Shown here: positions 51,237 through 64,000 of the stretch, piece by piece
How positions within the stretch are numbered: position 1 is the stretch's first letter
How the letters are laid out: the number at the start of each line of letters is the position of its first letter
NCBI GenBank assembly: GCA_951406725.2
Contig: OX597816.1
Location: forward strand, 181,288,001-181,352,000
Direction: 5' to 3'
DNA length: 64,000 bases
From: Octopus vulgaris
Taxonomy: Eukaryota
Program-made: the position numbers and the translations under genes
Notes under the pieces: model-generated
What the model saw: the letters and a program-made list of their open reading frames with translations, nothing else
Database searches by the model: none
What the model was told of the DNA's origin: nothing

Positions 51237-51682
51237 TGATTTAAATTTTATTTACTTTATATTAAATTTTTTTATGTATTGGATTAAGTCTTTCTTTGTT
51301 TGATTTGCAAAATAGTGGTTTTGTCTCTAATTAATATTATATAATATTTTACTATAAAATTGGATTCAATCCTAAATCTGATTTTTCCCTGTAAATTTGG
51401 ATTTATTCACTAATATTTATTATTATATATATACTTATATATATACATAAAGCATGCATACTGTATATGTATGTATTTTGTCTTTGATATTTATTTGAGT
51501 TCTTATTTACAGATTTTAAATCAGTCACTAACAAAATGACAAAGCAAACAGTTCCAGGGATTTGTGAATATGTGAATTGTATGTGCAAATATAATCGCAC
51601 TCGTGGGGGTACACATTTATTTAGCATACGACTTTGAGTATGTGCTTTGCGTTAATGTATGAATACTACACGCACACATTAT

Positions 51683-52049
51683 TGTATGTACGTACGTATG
51701 TATGTATGTATGTATGTATGTATGTATGTATGTATGTATGTATGTATGTATGTATGTATGTATGTATGCATGCATGTATGTATGTATGTATGCATGCATG
51801 TATGTATGTATGTATGTATGTATGCATGCATGCATGTATGTTTGTATGTATGCATGCATGCATGTATGTATATATGTATGTATGTATGTATGTATGTTGT
51901 GTATGTATGTATGTATGTATGTATGTATGCATGCATGCATGCATGTATGCATGCATGCATGTATGTATGTATGCATGCATGCATGCATGTATGTATGTAT
52001 GTATGTATGTATGTATGTATGTATGTATGTATGCATGCATGCATGTATG

Positions 52050-52083
<34 letters not shown>

Positions 52084-52110
52084 TTTACGTATGTATGTAT
52101 GTATGTATGC
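51683..52110. repeat. (TATG)n/(CATG)n compound microsatellite
   Basis: Seen directly; the source of many spurious ORFs. Confidence 0.97.
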
Positions 52111-52149
52111 ACATATTTGCAATGGTATGTGTATAAGTTCCTCAAGTAG

Positions 52150-52720
52150 ACTCTGCGAATTCTTTCTCTGTTTCCCAAATCCCCACTATCACTCATTGAT
52201 TGAATCTGGAATTTGTAAATCGATTACGTTCAGTTCTTTTATGGAAAGTTCAGTATTTCCAGGTTACTCCATAAACCTTTTTAACATATCCCAATATACC
52301 TATGAAAATAGCTATGAATGAGAATTTGCAGTCAGAGCACAATAACTCTAAGAACGATATCATTTTATCTATGTTATATATATTTCCTTTATCTGCGAAC
52401 TTAACTAGATATTCACATCATCAAGGTTACATAACTCCACAATAATACATGATTCTTTTATGTCAGTCAGAGTTATATGCGTATTCTTGTAATATATTTT
52501 TTTACTTGTATTTTTATGCTTAGTAGCGATGTAGAGATGTACACAGTTTTATGTATATGTACGTTCATCCACCATTTTGTAAGATTTATCCAATAAAGTT
52601 GAAATGCAGCCGATAAATCTAAAAACGGTTAAAGTGTATTCTAAAAATAGAAAGCCTGTAAAGAAGATAAGAGAAATAACACAGGCCATGACTTTGTCTA
52701 TCTAGAGAACAGAGAATTGT
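52150..52720 (-). mobile_element. Highly decayed REL-type LINE 3' end
   Basis: Fragments CKFSFIAIFIGILGYV, SNLEILNF, QIQS and CIIVEL..DDVNI resemble the C-terminus of R4-like elements. Confidence 0.5.
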
Positions 52721-53326
52721 ATGAAATGGTACAGTTGGTTAAGAAATAGTGTTATCAGCTCGTAAAGAGTCGGTACAATAGGGATGTGAAGTAGAACAAT
52801 AGATGGGGGTGGAGTTAAATGAAACAGCACGACAGCTGGCTGAAATGGTGTGGGGATTTATTATGAAATGTTTCTTAGAGAGTACAATACTACAGTATAT
52901 TTTGCAAACAAAAAGTCCAAAGAAAGTAGCATTGACTTGCATAGATAAAAACAAAACAGTTAATAAAACTAGTTAAATAAGATAAATTTTGAGGTATATA
53001 CCGTATACCCTTTCTTATTTCTCTCACACTTTTGGAAACTTAAAGCGATTATCTAACTTTTTATACATTGTAGTGATGCTGTCTCCGACAGATGAAAATG
53101 TAAATGGTTAATCGGAGTATGCAATTCTGAGATTTCAATAGAAATAAAGCTATCTGTTCGAAATAGTAAATAGTTATACTTGACCAACTGTTTGTTATTC
53201 TAACGCAGTAACAATTGTGTAAGTAGGAAACATTTCATGATTAAAACATAAAACGCTAAAAAATTTCAAGCATCCAGTAAAGAAAAATATTAGTTCCTGA
53301 AGAATATTATTCATACATTCATTTAA

Positions 53327-55140
53327 CCCCTTAATGGACCAATTATTTTGACATGGCGTTTCATTTCAGAGCATATTTTTATATTTCCTTTTTTAATTAT
53401 AAACACTATATTAATTACAAAAACAAGCTTTTTATCTTGTTTCCTTTATTTTCTATTATAGAAATTAAAATGCACTTTTACTCATTTGGATTTAAACGAG
53501 TTAACTCGGACATTGAAAAAATACATATAACTTAACTATCTTCCATTTTTTATAAGATGTATTGCTTTTAAATCAAAGGAATTTTTTTTTAATGAGATAG
53601 TTTATTCAGAATGATAATTTTTAAAACAAGGAGTTACACACAAAGTTATCTTGCAGACATCACACATGTATCTGCTTTCTCTTCGAATCTTCTTTCCTTT
53701 AGCTTCTCTCTTCTCTGCGCATTTTGCACACTGTCTTGTAGGGTTCTTTTTCTTATCACTTGGTGGTATTTCCATGGGAAAGTGACCAGCTGGGGCAAAT
53801 CTTGTTGGATGTGAGATCGACGATGGTCTTCCTGGTTTCGTGGGAGGCAATAAGGGTCTATATCTTTCAATAATCTTTGTGATTATTTGCATTCATCGGT
53901 TTCATAGCAGAAGCTGTTTCCAAAGATGCTTTATACAAAACATAAGCATTCCAGATAGCCAAATCCATCAAATGAAAAAATATTTTTCCCAACGTTTCCT
54001 TGTGGTGGGATAATTGACGAGATGCTGATCAACTAGGTTCACAGAGCATGAAATATTTTATTCTAAATCGTGAACGTTTGATTGGAATAAACTAAAACCA
54101 GGCAATTCTTCCTTTATAAAGCATGAGAGATTCGTCGATTGTTACATTTTTTCCAAGGTTGTAAAATTTTTGAAACTTCTCTTCTAGGGCTTGGTAAATT
54201 TCGTAAATCTTGCAAAGTTTTGGGTTTGGATGAGTTTCTCGATCAAACGAATCATTGTTCGTAAAATGAAAGTATTCTCGAATCTTCTTGTAACGTCGGT
54301 ATGACATTGTATTTGCAAATATTGGAGTTTCAAGCAAAGGATCTTTGCTCCAATACATTTCCTCCTCTGGTTTCTTGACAATATCCATCAACATTTTCAC
54401 ACCAAGAAGCATCATCATTTCAGGTGGAGTAACAAGCTCCCAATTTGATGCTTTACTTTCAGCCATTCTGTTCGTTTCTTTGCATATAAAATCAAAAAGT
54501 GACTCATCAAAATGGAGTTGGAAAAAATCTAAAGGAGTCGTAGAACTAGGATCTTGTTCCAAATTTATGCCTGGTTTTACCAGTGAAAGGAAATGGAGGT
54601 GGTGGAGGTGGAAGAGGAGAATCGGACAAGCGATTGATTTCGTGCCATGCACGTGCATCTATCTGATTATCTTCTTTGTCATCTTCTGAAAAATTATCAG
54701 AGTTCGAACTACACGTGTCTAATTCATCCCTGGGGCTTTCCAGATCGTGAAATGAAAAATTGCTTTTGTGATCGCTAAATATAACTAAATCTTCATTTTG
54801 AGAAAAAAATGCGTAAGTAATTCTCTTATTTGTTTGAAGAATAGAGAATCAAAACGAAACGGTTCTGAAATGACATCAACCTCTTCCTGAGCCTGAGTAT
54901 GGACTGAAGTAAAAGTTCAAAATTCAGAAGCATAAATTCTTTGAAATGGTGCCAGAATATGTGCTGCCAGGCGTACGACAACGCGAGTAGATTCTGATTG
55001 CTCAAAAATGAAACGACACAAAGCAAATAAACTCGTTTGAGTGCTACAATTAAAAGTTAATTTTGACCGAGTATACTCGCCTGGTTCTAAAAAGATACAT
55101 TTGCGATGCACGAGTAAACTCGGGATAATCCATTAAGGGG
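53327..55140 (-). mobile_element. Internally deleted piggyBac transposon
   Basis: TTAA at 53323-53326 and 55141-55144; perfect 12-bp TIR ccccttaatgga; TPLDFFQL..ETN, YWS, TIDESL..YKGR; C-terminal Cys-rich domain CAKC..CDVC..LC..PCF..YH. Confidence 0.96.
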
Positions 55141-55224
55141 TTAAAGGGAAACTTTGCCGGGGTCATCTTCCATACTTCTCGATGAAAATAGTATTAGCCA
55201 TTAACAAATATTATTACTGTTTAG

Positions 55225-55985
55225 TCGAGTTCAAATGCCGCCGGGGTCCACTTTACGTTTCTCTTGGAGCCAATAAAATATACACCAGTTGAACATTGAG
55301 GTCGATGTAATCGATTTATCCCCTTCCCCAAAATTTCTGGCCTTGTGCCAAAGTTTGAAACCATTATTATTACTATTAAGGCGGTGAGGTGGCAGATTCG
55401 TTAGCACGTTAGGTAGAATGCTTAGCGGCATTTCGTCTGTCTTTACGTTCTGAATTCAAATTCCGCTGAAGTCGACTTTACCTTTCATCCCTTTCGGGGC
55501 CGATAAAATAAGTACCAGTTGAGCACTAGTGGGGGTCGATATAATCATTATTATTACTATTAACAAGGCAGCAAGCTTAGAAGTATCATTAGCACGCCGG
55601 ACAAAATGCGTTACGTTCTGAGTTCAAATTCCGCCGAGGTCTATTTTGCCTGTCATCCTTTCGGGTTCGATGAAATAAGTACCAGTTGAGTATTGGGGTC
55701 GATGTTATGACTAGCCCCCGCTCCCAAATTTCAGGCCTTGTACCTATAGTAGAAAGTATTATTATTACTATTAAGGTGGTGAGCTGTCCGAATCGTTGCC
55801 GGGCGCCGGACAAAATGCTTAGTGGGATTTCTTCTGTCTTTACGTTCTGTGTTCAAATGCCACCGGGGTCGACTTTGCGTTTCATCCTCTCGGAGTTCGA
55901 TAAAATAAGGACCAGTGAGCAGTGGAATCGGTGTAATTTACTGCCCCTTCACCTAAAGTTTCAGTCCCTTGTACTTATAGTGGCA
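55225..55985 (+). mobile_element. Four tandem SINE family A copies
   Basis: Heads at about 55378, 55565 and 55772 plus a headless copy, joined by (tta)-rich linkers. Confidence 0.88.
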
Positions 55986-56075
55986 AATATTATTTTTATT
56001 ATCTCCACATGTCTAGATAACATTAGCCTCTAATGTTTTATTAAATATATTTTCATTTACATAACTATCTACTTG

Positions 56076-57150
56076 TTGGGTTGGCCAAAAATTTCGCTCG
56101 ATTTTTTAAGCGAAAATAAAACACAGGTTTTAAATACAAAGTGATTTAATCGATCGATGATATAATTATCGTTTCTTTCCAGTATCTTCTGCCATTTTGT
56201 GAGCAGATCCATGACACCTTGCTCAAAGAATTTCTTGGCTTTACGAGCGAAAAACTCTTTCAGGTGAATTTTTACATCTTCTTCAGAATTGAAGGTCGAT
56301 TCATTCAATGAATTTCGAAGAGAACGAAACGGGTGGAAATCTAAAGGTGCAAGGTCGGGTGAATATGGAGTGTGCGGCAAAACTTCCTAGCCAAGCTCCA
56401 GTAACTTCCGTTGCATCTGCAAAGAAGTATATTGTCTGACATTGTCATGATGAAAGACAATGTCCTCACGATTAGCACGTAATGGCCGCTTCCGGTGGAT
56501 TGCTGTGTTTAATTTATGCAGCTGGTCACAGCACACATCTGAATTGATGATCCTGTCCTTGGAACACCTTTCCAATCCCACCAAACTGAAAACATAGCCT
56601 TCGGATGAAGTTCTGCTTTGGAGCTTGTTTGTGGTGGTTCGACACACTTCTCCTGTAGTTGTTTGCGTTTCATATTGTTATGGACAATCCATTTTTCGTC
56701 CTCTGTCAATATTCTCTTCAAAAACGGATCATTTTCTACGCATTTCTGCAACGAATCGCAGATGGAAATCTGTTGGACAAGGTTAGCCTCATTCAATAAA
56801 TGTGGGACCCAAAATATCGAGCCTGCTGACGTAACCAAGTTGATTCAGATGGTTTTTAACAATCAGTTTGAATATTTGGAGAATATCTACGATTGTCCTG
56901 GTCACATAACGCGGTTAATCTCAGTTGGCCGGTCAAAAAATGTCTTGATCGAAATCTTGAAAATTGTGGCACCCACGTTCCGTAAAAGCACACTCTCTAT
57001 ACACACCACAGACCTCCTTGAAGGCTTCCGCCTCTTTCTTTTCTATTTTGAAATTAAAAAAAAAAACATGAGGTGTCAATAATATTTGTCTTGATTCTGC
57101 ATTTTCAGATAATCCCAAGCACACAAAATACAAATTGTCTCGTTGCAAGT
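56076..57150 (-). mobile_element. Decayed mariner of a third family
   Basis: WVPHLL, LTEDEKWI, FHHDN, PYSPDLAPLDF; one ttgggttggccaaaa terminus visible. Confidence 0.9.
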
Positions 57151-58509
57151 TCACATCAACTACGTTGAGGTGTCAAGTATCAAGCGTGTGTGCATGCACA
57201 AGGGACAGGCTGAAGTTAGCTACTTATTAGGGTCCTTGAAGTTTAGAGTCGACAAAAACCGATTTTTATGCATATTTCAGTCTCTTACTTATTTTATGGA
57301 TCTCTGTGTCTCAAACCAATAAGTTACGTGTTATACAGGCATACAAAATAAGTAGTAATACTGATTTTTCGGCAATGTTGTTGCTTGTATTATGTCTCTC
57401 TAACGAAATCAGATTCATCAGCAATGTTCTCAGTACCGTTGAGACCCGCCTTGCAACATTGTTACTGAAATTACGTACCTAGGTGATCTGTTGACTGATT
57501 CCCAATAAACGAATGAATAGACAAACGAACAATGAATAGACAAATGCCCATGACTTCCGACGCCTGAAGATACATTCAGATGAATTCAGTGCGAGACAAT
57601 CTTGCATTTTGACTCGCTTAGATAGTTACACATTTTCTCAACACGATATCACATGATGGAAACTGACGTCAAATCATGTTTATTCTTCTATAATAAAATA
57701 GTAAATCAACGAGAAATTACAGTGTACAATGCAAGTACATGCGTGTAGTTGCCTAAACAGACGTAGTTAACAGGAAGAAATATTTTAAGTAATATCAGAT
57801 CAGCAATATATAGTTGTAGTAAATACAGATAAGATCTGTGTAAAAATGGAGACAGCACTGATGACAAGATTAGGTCGAGTGCTGTTGGAGTAGGTTAAAC
57901 AGACTGATTCACACTTATTGATTCTCGTTGAAAATAATTTCTTGCTGCGAGAAAGGCCGGAGGAATTTGTATTTTTTTTCTTCTTATCAAAAGGTGCTTC
58001 TTACTTAATCGTACAATACAAATTATCGCGGCACTGTGCAATAAACGGAACTGCGATGAGTTATTAGGTTATTTGAAAAGCTTGCAGTACGGTTTCGAAT
58101 CGATTGTTGGAAACGATTGCTGCTAATTCAGGGATCGTTAAATTCTGTGTAACTGATTTACAAATAAAATATATACGTTAATATTTCTAAATCAGAAGAA
58201 GGTAGTTTGTTGTGTGAATCTAAGAGTAACCGCTTGTTTCGCGAACTTGGTCATCTCCCACTGTTTATCATTACATTGTATGAAATTTATAAATATTACG
58301 GAAAGATTGAAAGGTTTTTTTTCAAACTTCTGCTTACGGTAATATTAATTACTTATCCTTATTAGCTGCGAGTATTTTTCTTTAATTGTTATGCTTAAGT
58401 CTCCAGTAAAATGTTAATTATTTGAGGCTGAGGAGAGACAAAAGCATTAAATGTAATAAAGAAAGATTAAACACCGTTGATGGGCGAGTAATGATAGGGG
58501 TGGCTACGA

Positions 58510-58710
58510 CTCCCGTTTCACTTGGCTTGACGCGTCTCCTCAAGCATGGCACATCGCCAAAGGTCTTGGATACTGGTCATTGCCTCCATGAAGTCCAACA
58601 TTTAAAGATCATGCTTCACCACCTTGTCCTATGTCTTCCTGGGTCTGCCTCTTCCACAAGTTCCCTCCACACTTAAAGATCGGCACTTCTTTACACAGCA
58701 GTCCTCAACC
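58510..58710 (-). mobile_element. RTE LINE 3'-end fragment
   Basis: CVKKCRSLSVEGTCGRGRPRKT..VVKHDL. Confidence 0.8.
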
Positions 58711-59489
58711 ATAGTGGAAAATACTAGCTAAGTCAAGAGAAAAGTCAGTAAAAATAATCTTATTTTGAGTTTAAAGTTCTATTACCTCAACTACACCTAC
58801 CACCACCAACAACAACAACAACAACGACGACAACGAGAAAAATAATAAAGGTGATGATAATGGTGATGAGGATAATTGAAATGTAAAAAACCCTGGGAAA
58901 TGTTGTTTACAACATTTCTAAAAATAACCAAACAATTACTGCTTTGGCCAGGGTCAGAATACAGGTCACTTGATATGTTCAACAGACCTGGCGCTTAAAC
59001 CAAACACCAATCAACTTATGCAATTTAATAAAGCCACACACTGATTGGTAAGAATACAGTTTGGAAAATTCAACATTCTGAAGCCTAAACAAATGTATTT
59101 AAGGCACACAGTTTAGCCATCTCGCCACAGTTGTAAATTAAAAAAACATAACTGTGACCACCACTACATAAACCTGAGGATTGCATAATTCATTGCATGA
59201 AATTACTAGTTCAATTAGAATGGATATTTAATATTCAGTCATTTCATTATATTATATTATCTTATATTATATTATTATAAGATTGTAAATAAAACGTGAA
59301 AATCAGACTGTTGGAATTTCTTTGAGTAATGTATTCTTCTATACACAACCATACACACCCGTGTCTGTATATATATATATATAAAATTCAGGGTGAATAC
59401 TTGATAATTGTAAGCACCTGTATATGCCAATTAGTGCTGTAGGTGATAGAATATATTTATCAAAATAAAAACATGATGCAAAGGATTTA

Positions 59490-59576
59490 GCGGTACATAT
59501 GTTTCGGGCCTTTATTAGACGGTTTATATCAATGCATAATTGATGTAAATGTGTGTCAATAGCCTTCTTCAGCCGC
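59490..59576 (-). ncRNA. Type I hammerhead ribozyme motif (stem I intact)
   Basis: gcgg/ccgc stem I, CTGAAGA, ggc/gcc closing a long stem II, GAAA, CATATG, GUA. Confidence 0.85.
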
Positions 59577-59660
59577 GTACAATTACTACTTCAAGGACAT
59601 GTATTACATTATAAGTTTTACGTTGGGGATGCAAATCCTCATAGTCGCGTAGTCCTCCGC

Positions 59661-59747
59661 GTAGCTGAAGAAGGCTATTGACACAAATTTACATCAATTA
59701 TGCATTGATATAAACCGTCTAATAAAGGCCCGAAACATATGTACCGC
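59661..59747 (+). ncRNA. Type I hammerhead motif with stem I 5' strand disrupted at the inversion junction
   Basis: CTGAAGA at 59665-59671, GAAA at 59732-59735, acatatgt, GUA, ccgc; upstream reads gcgtag rather than gcgg. Confidence 0.72.
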
Positions 59748-59780
59748 TAAATCCTTTGCATCATGTTTTTATTTTGATAA

Positions 59781-59853
<73 letters not shown>

Positions 59854-61214
59854 AACAAACAAACAAATTCAGATCTCAAAAGATGCAATACTAAAAATAG
59901 AGTAATATTGACATGTATTGAATCTGAACAAGTTTACAATGTATTACAATTAAATTCTTCGAAAAATCAGATTGCAAAGATGAAACCAACGTTTCACAAA
60001 AACCAGATAAACAGAGAAAAAGGCAAAGTAACATCTCTCCCCCGTTTAACCGACGAGTTCCTTCACCTGCAACTAAAATCTTCAACTTTTTACAAAAATA
60101 TTTCCCCTAACACCATAAGTGTGATCATATTTTTAATAAAACTCTAATAATAAACTCTTCTGCTAAACTTAATTTTAAAGTTAACAACCCACATCAAACT
60201 TAGCATATCTTCAGTCTGCTACTGCATCCGGTTACTGTATCCATCCGAATGAGTCTCCATTTAACTGTAAATGTACTTTTAAATAGATTTTGCATTCGCT
60301 GTGGTTAAAAGGAATACAAGTTTCATATCCACGTTAAGATGGAATTAATTCCTATTACGTTACAAACAATATCTTTCCATTTTTCGCCATCGATTTAGTT
60401 CGTACGCAATTAACTGAAATGTTGATTCTTAAACTTGAACAATGATATTAGGTTTATATATTTAGGTAAACATTATAATCGTCCCAACACATTAGGTGTG
60501 CCTTGTAATTTTAAATATTATGAAATATTACTTCCTATTTTCTCTCTTCTTAACTGCCATTCAGATTTGGTGCACTCTTATGCGTATAAACGATCTTGAA
60601 CACCGAAAAATATTCGGTGATCAGGCAAAATAGTTGAAAAAAGTCAACGACAGTAATTTTCTCTTCCGTCTTTTCAAGCAAAATTATTTCGTTAGCATAA
60701 TAGTTTTGAACATGCGCTCTATTCATTGCTTACACTCTATAAATAATTAAATGCATTTCGCCATTAATAATATGCTAAACCTAATCGTTCAGATTGATTT
60801 ATTTGCTAAACTGTTGATAATTCCTATTTTCCCCTTCATTCCCTTTTACAAATGCCTATCCTGCTTCCAATCTACTTTCTACCTCAAAAGTATTCCATCC
60901 TTCACTCGTCTTTAACATCTGTGTGTGTGTCTAATATTGCTGAGGGTATAATGAGGGTATGTCTTAAGACTAAGCGCTTACTCGGGTATATTACAGACAC
61001 AGTCTAACCAACTGAACGTTTACAGGGTACATTTCATCCATAACGTAACATATCACGCTGTACCTATAGAGCACAACTTCTCAAAACGGTGGTGCCAGTT
61101 CCTAGGAGCGGTACAGAATTTTATAAGGGTACAGAGGACAAAGGGAGTGGTAGAGGCGATGGATTGCCCCAATTTTCGAAAATATTTTCAATTTTTATTT
61201 GTGTGAAAATCGTG

Positions 61215-61900
61215 TTATAATATTCTTTCTACTATAGAGACAGAGTCTGAAATTTTAGGGGAGAGAGCTGGTCGTTTATATCGACCCCCATCCCAGGGTT
61301 CGACTGCTACTTGTTTTATTGATCTGGAAAAGACGAAAGAGAACTTTGACTCGGAATGTAAAGCCGGAATAAGTGCCGCTAAGCGTTTTATCCGGTAAGC
61401 TAACGATTCTGTCAGTTTGCTGCCTTTAAAAGCATCTGTTAATATTAGTTTCAAATGTGTCACAAGGCCAGCAATTCCGGAGGAGGAGCTAAGTTGATTA
61501 CAACAACCCAGTGCTTAACTGGTACTTATTTGATCGACCCCGAAAGGATGAAAGGCAAAGCTGGCCGCAGCGGAATTTGAACTCAGAATGTGCTGTCGGA
61601 CGAAATGCCGCTAAGTATTTTGACTGGCGTGCTATCGATTCTGCCTGCTTGCTGACTTAAAAATGGTCTTTTAAAACTAGTGGTCAAAATGATATAACAT
61701 TCCATGTTATACTAATTTCAAATTTTGGCACAAGGCCAGCAATTTCGAGGCAGAGTAAGTCGATTGCATCGATCCCAGTGCTTATTTTATTGACTCCGAA
61801 AGGATAACAGACAAAGTTGGCCTCGACGAAATTTGGAATTAGAACGTGAAGACGGGCGAAATGCCGCTACGCATTTTTCCCAGCATTCTAAAGATTTTGA
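61215..61900 (-). mobile_element. Three tandem SINE family A copies
   Basis: Reverse-complement cores at about 61320, 61535 and 61790. Confidence 0.85.
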
Positions 61901-62357
61901 ATCGTTGCAAGAGTTTCTAAAAGTGTTAGTGAAAAAAAAGCTGCGATAAGTTAGAAAAAAGTTTCAGAAGCACTACTAAAGACTATCATAATCAAGTCAG
62001 GGATCTCATCAAAGGCTGATGAGAACTGCTACTGGTAGCATATAAACCAGAACTACCTGTTTCATAGTCGGATGATCGGTGATCAAACCGGATCCCCAGC
62101 TTGAATAGCTTGCTACTCTTGTGAGAATGATGTCTGGACAACCAGCGGGACTAAAATGAAGACGGATGAGTTCCTTGTGGGCAACGACAACCCAGATGTG
62201 GCAAACCACAATATTTCTGCCAAGAAAACACAATGAGAAAGTCAGAACGAAGTAACGCTATGGCCTCATCCGATGCGAGAAATAGATAGACACATAGACA
62301 TATACATATACAAAATAGTATGGATATGTAATAAATGCACGTAGATATTCTTTTCTG

Positions 62358-62490
62358 CTCTAGGCACAAGGCCCGAAATTTGGGTGGGGGCAGACGATTA
62401 GATCGATCCCAGTAGGCAACTGGTACTTAATTTAACGACCCTGAAAGGATGAAAGACAAAGTCGACCTCGGCAGAATTTGAACACAGAAT
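62358..62490 (-). mobile_element. SINE family A, 3' half
   Basis: Core and tail. Confidence 0.8.
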
Positions 62491-62643
62491 GCAAATGCAC
62501 ATAGACATTAACTGCATATACACATGCACACTGACACATTTACACTTGTATGCATGCGGTTGCGTGTATAAATGTACGTGTCTATGCATGCGTGTGTGCG
62601 TGTGTGTGTCTATGCCTCTGTGTGTGTGTGTGTGTGTGTGTGC

Positions 62644-62704
<61 letters not shown>

Positions 62705-63164
62705 CGTGCTTTCTCATACTTTTCGTTTTATCGTCTCCAGTACCTACCTATAAACGAAGTAAAGTTCTAACAGAAAAATATATATATATAATTCAATACG
62801 ACGCGGAAGAAATAAAAATCTCCTAATACGAAAATAAATGGCGTCTCTTCTTAAGTGTCGATCGCAGCATACATGTGCATTATACAGCCAGACGATTAGT
62901 TTGTTCGAAGTTCTTTTGTCATTTAGGTGATTACAAAAAAGAAAAATAAGCAGCAATGAACAGACAAAAACAGTAGATGACCGAATAACTGAACTCGAAT
63001 ATTCAGTTATTCTATCTTAACTGCCTTCTTTTGTACCTGCTTAGACTACATGTTGAATAATCTCTCAACTTAATAGCTGTTTATAATGGAGCAGCCTCTG
63101 GTCTCTGCTTCATTATTTCTAACATTAACACAAGATCATCGATAAATAAAGAATGGGTTTAATC

Positions 63165-63592
63165 CAGTGTTTCCCAACTTATTTTCCCTCGAGGCCTCAC
63201 TTTCCAAAGAAACGCATCCCCCACCAGTGATTGGGGAAAAAAACAACTTTATTTTTACTATTTTATCATATTAGAATAGCTTGCTTGATTGGAGGAATTG
63301 GTTTGATTAGGCTGAGTATACGAGGAGCTGCTGAAAAGTCCCTAGCTTTGGGTAAAAGAAAATACGATTTTATTCAACAATTTCTCCTCTCAGAGTCACA
63401 CACAGTGGTCCTTCAGTTTTTCTAAACTCTGTAAAAGAACTCGGAAGGTTGGGTCTCCAGCCAGACCTTCCGCGAAACCCTTAAAGTCAGGAACTTTTCA
63501 GCACCCCCTCGTAAGCGACGTATGTTTTCTGTAAAAAATTGGTCCCCACGCCCCACCATAATTTTCCCAGACTTCTACGTTAAGAATCACTG
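63165..63592. mobile_element. hAT-type MITE
   Basis: Perfect 8-bp TSD gtttaatc (63157-63164 and 63593-63600); imperfect TIRs cagtgtttcccaac and cagtgattcttaac. Confidence 0.9.
63321..63511. mobile_element. Mariner-derived MITE (191 bp) nested in the hAT MITE
   Basis: TA flanks; imperfect TIRs cgagg..tgctgaaaagt.cct..cttt. Confidence 0.88.
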
Positions 63593-64000
63593 GTTTAATC
63601 GGTTAAAACAACCTCGATATTTTACTGGTACTTATCGTATCGAACACAGAAGATAGACGGACGCAGTTTACTTTCACAGTAGTTAAAATTAGAGAAGTTG
63701 AAGAATAGAAGCTAAATACCGAAATGTATTTTGCCCGACTCTTTACAGTCTCAGTCAAAAATACAAATGGTTAGCACGCAGGACAAAATGCTTAGCAGCG
63801 TTAATCCGTCTTAACGTTCTGAGTTACATATGCCCACGAGATCGACTTTGCCTTTCATTGAAATTTTTAAAAAGAGAAAGAGGGAGAATTAATGTTCCAA
63901 GCGTCTGCTCTAGTAACAACACCACTGTTGTAGCCAAAACCACCATAGAGTGAAAAAGCATTTATGTCGTCAGTTTCGAAATAATTCGCCGATTCTGAAA

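Larger units (their letters stand above)
59451..59786. mobile_element. 336-bp palindromic non-coding element with an HHR motif in each arm
   Basis: 123-bp arms 59451-59573 and 59664-59786 with one mismatch seen; 90-bp spacer. Confidence 0.92.

Noticed and set aside
51617-52321. Long ORFs (139-220 aa) in all six frames
   Set aside because: Translations of the (TATG/CATG)n microsatellite. The same applies to the YIYI, CVCV and HTHT ORFs throughout the window.
57560-57600. CTGAAGA...gagac as an HHR
   Set aside because: No stem II and no GAAA.
62012-62060. CTGATGA followed by a tgctac/gtagca hairpin as an HHR
   Set aside because: No GAAA after the stem and no stem I or III pairing.

Overview
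AT-rich, microsatellite-dense eukaryotic (animal) DNA. The SINE and repeat families look like those I associate with octopus genomes (inference from recall, not a search). I see no intact host gene or intact transposon ORF, and most ORFs in the track are microsatellite or antisense artefacts. The window is mostly decayed mobile DNA: four mariner copies, a Tc1 fused to an RTE LINE, piggyBac elements and a piggyBac MITE, a hAT MITE with a nested mariner MITE, several Helitrons, R4/Dong-like LINEs next to (TAA)n, a Tx1-like LINE, Penelope-like (PLE) fragments, more than 20 tRNA-type SINEs and two satellite arrays. The most notable signal is at least 6 minimal type I hammerhead ribozyme (HHR) motifs with palindromic stem III. 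Several lie in outward-facing inverted repeats (22546-23692, 59451-59786, degenerate 4001-4325), so a ribozyme motif is present on both strands. Also notable: a mirror-symmetric Helitron block (18.6-22.5 kb), a templated fold-back at the Tc1/RTE junction, and a candidate 35-nt microexon plus an AG|GT site in the unique 42-44 kb region. Boundaries of old elements are approximate.
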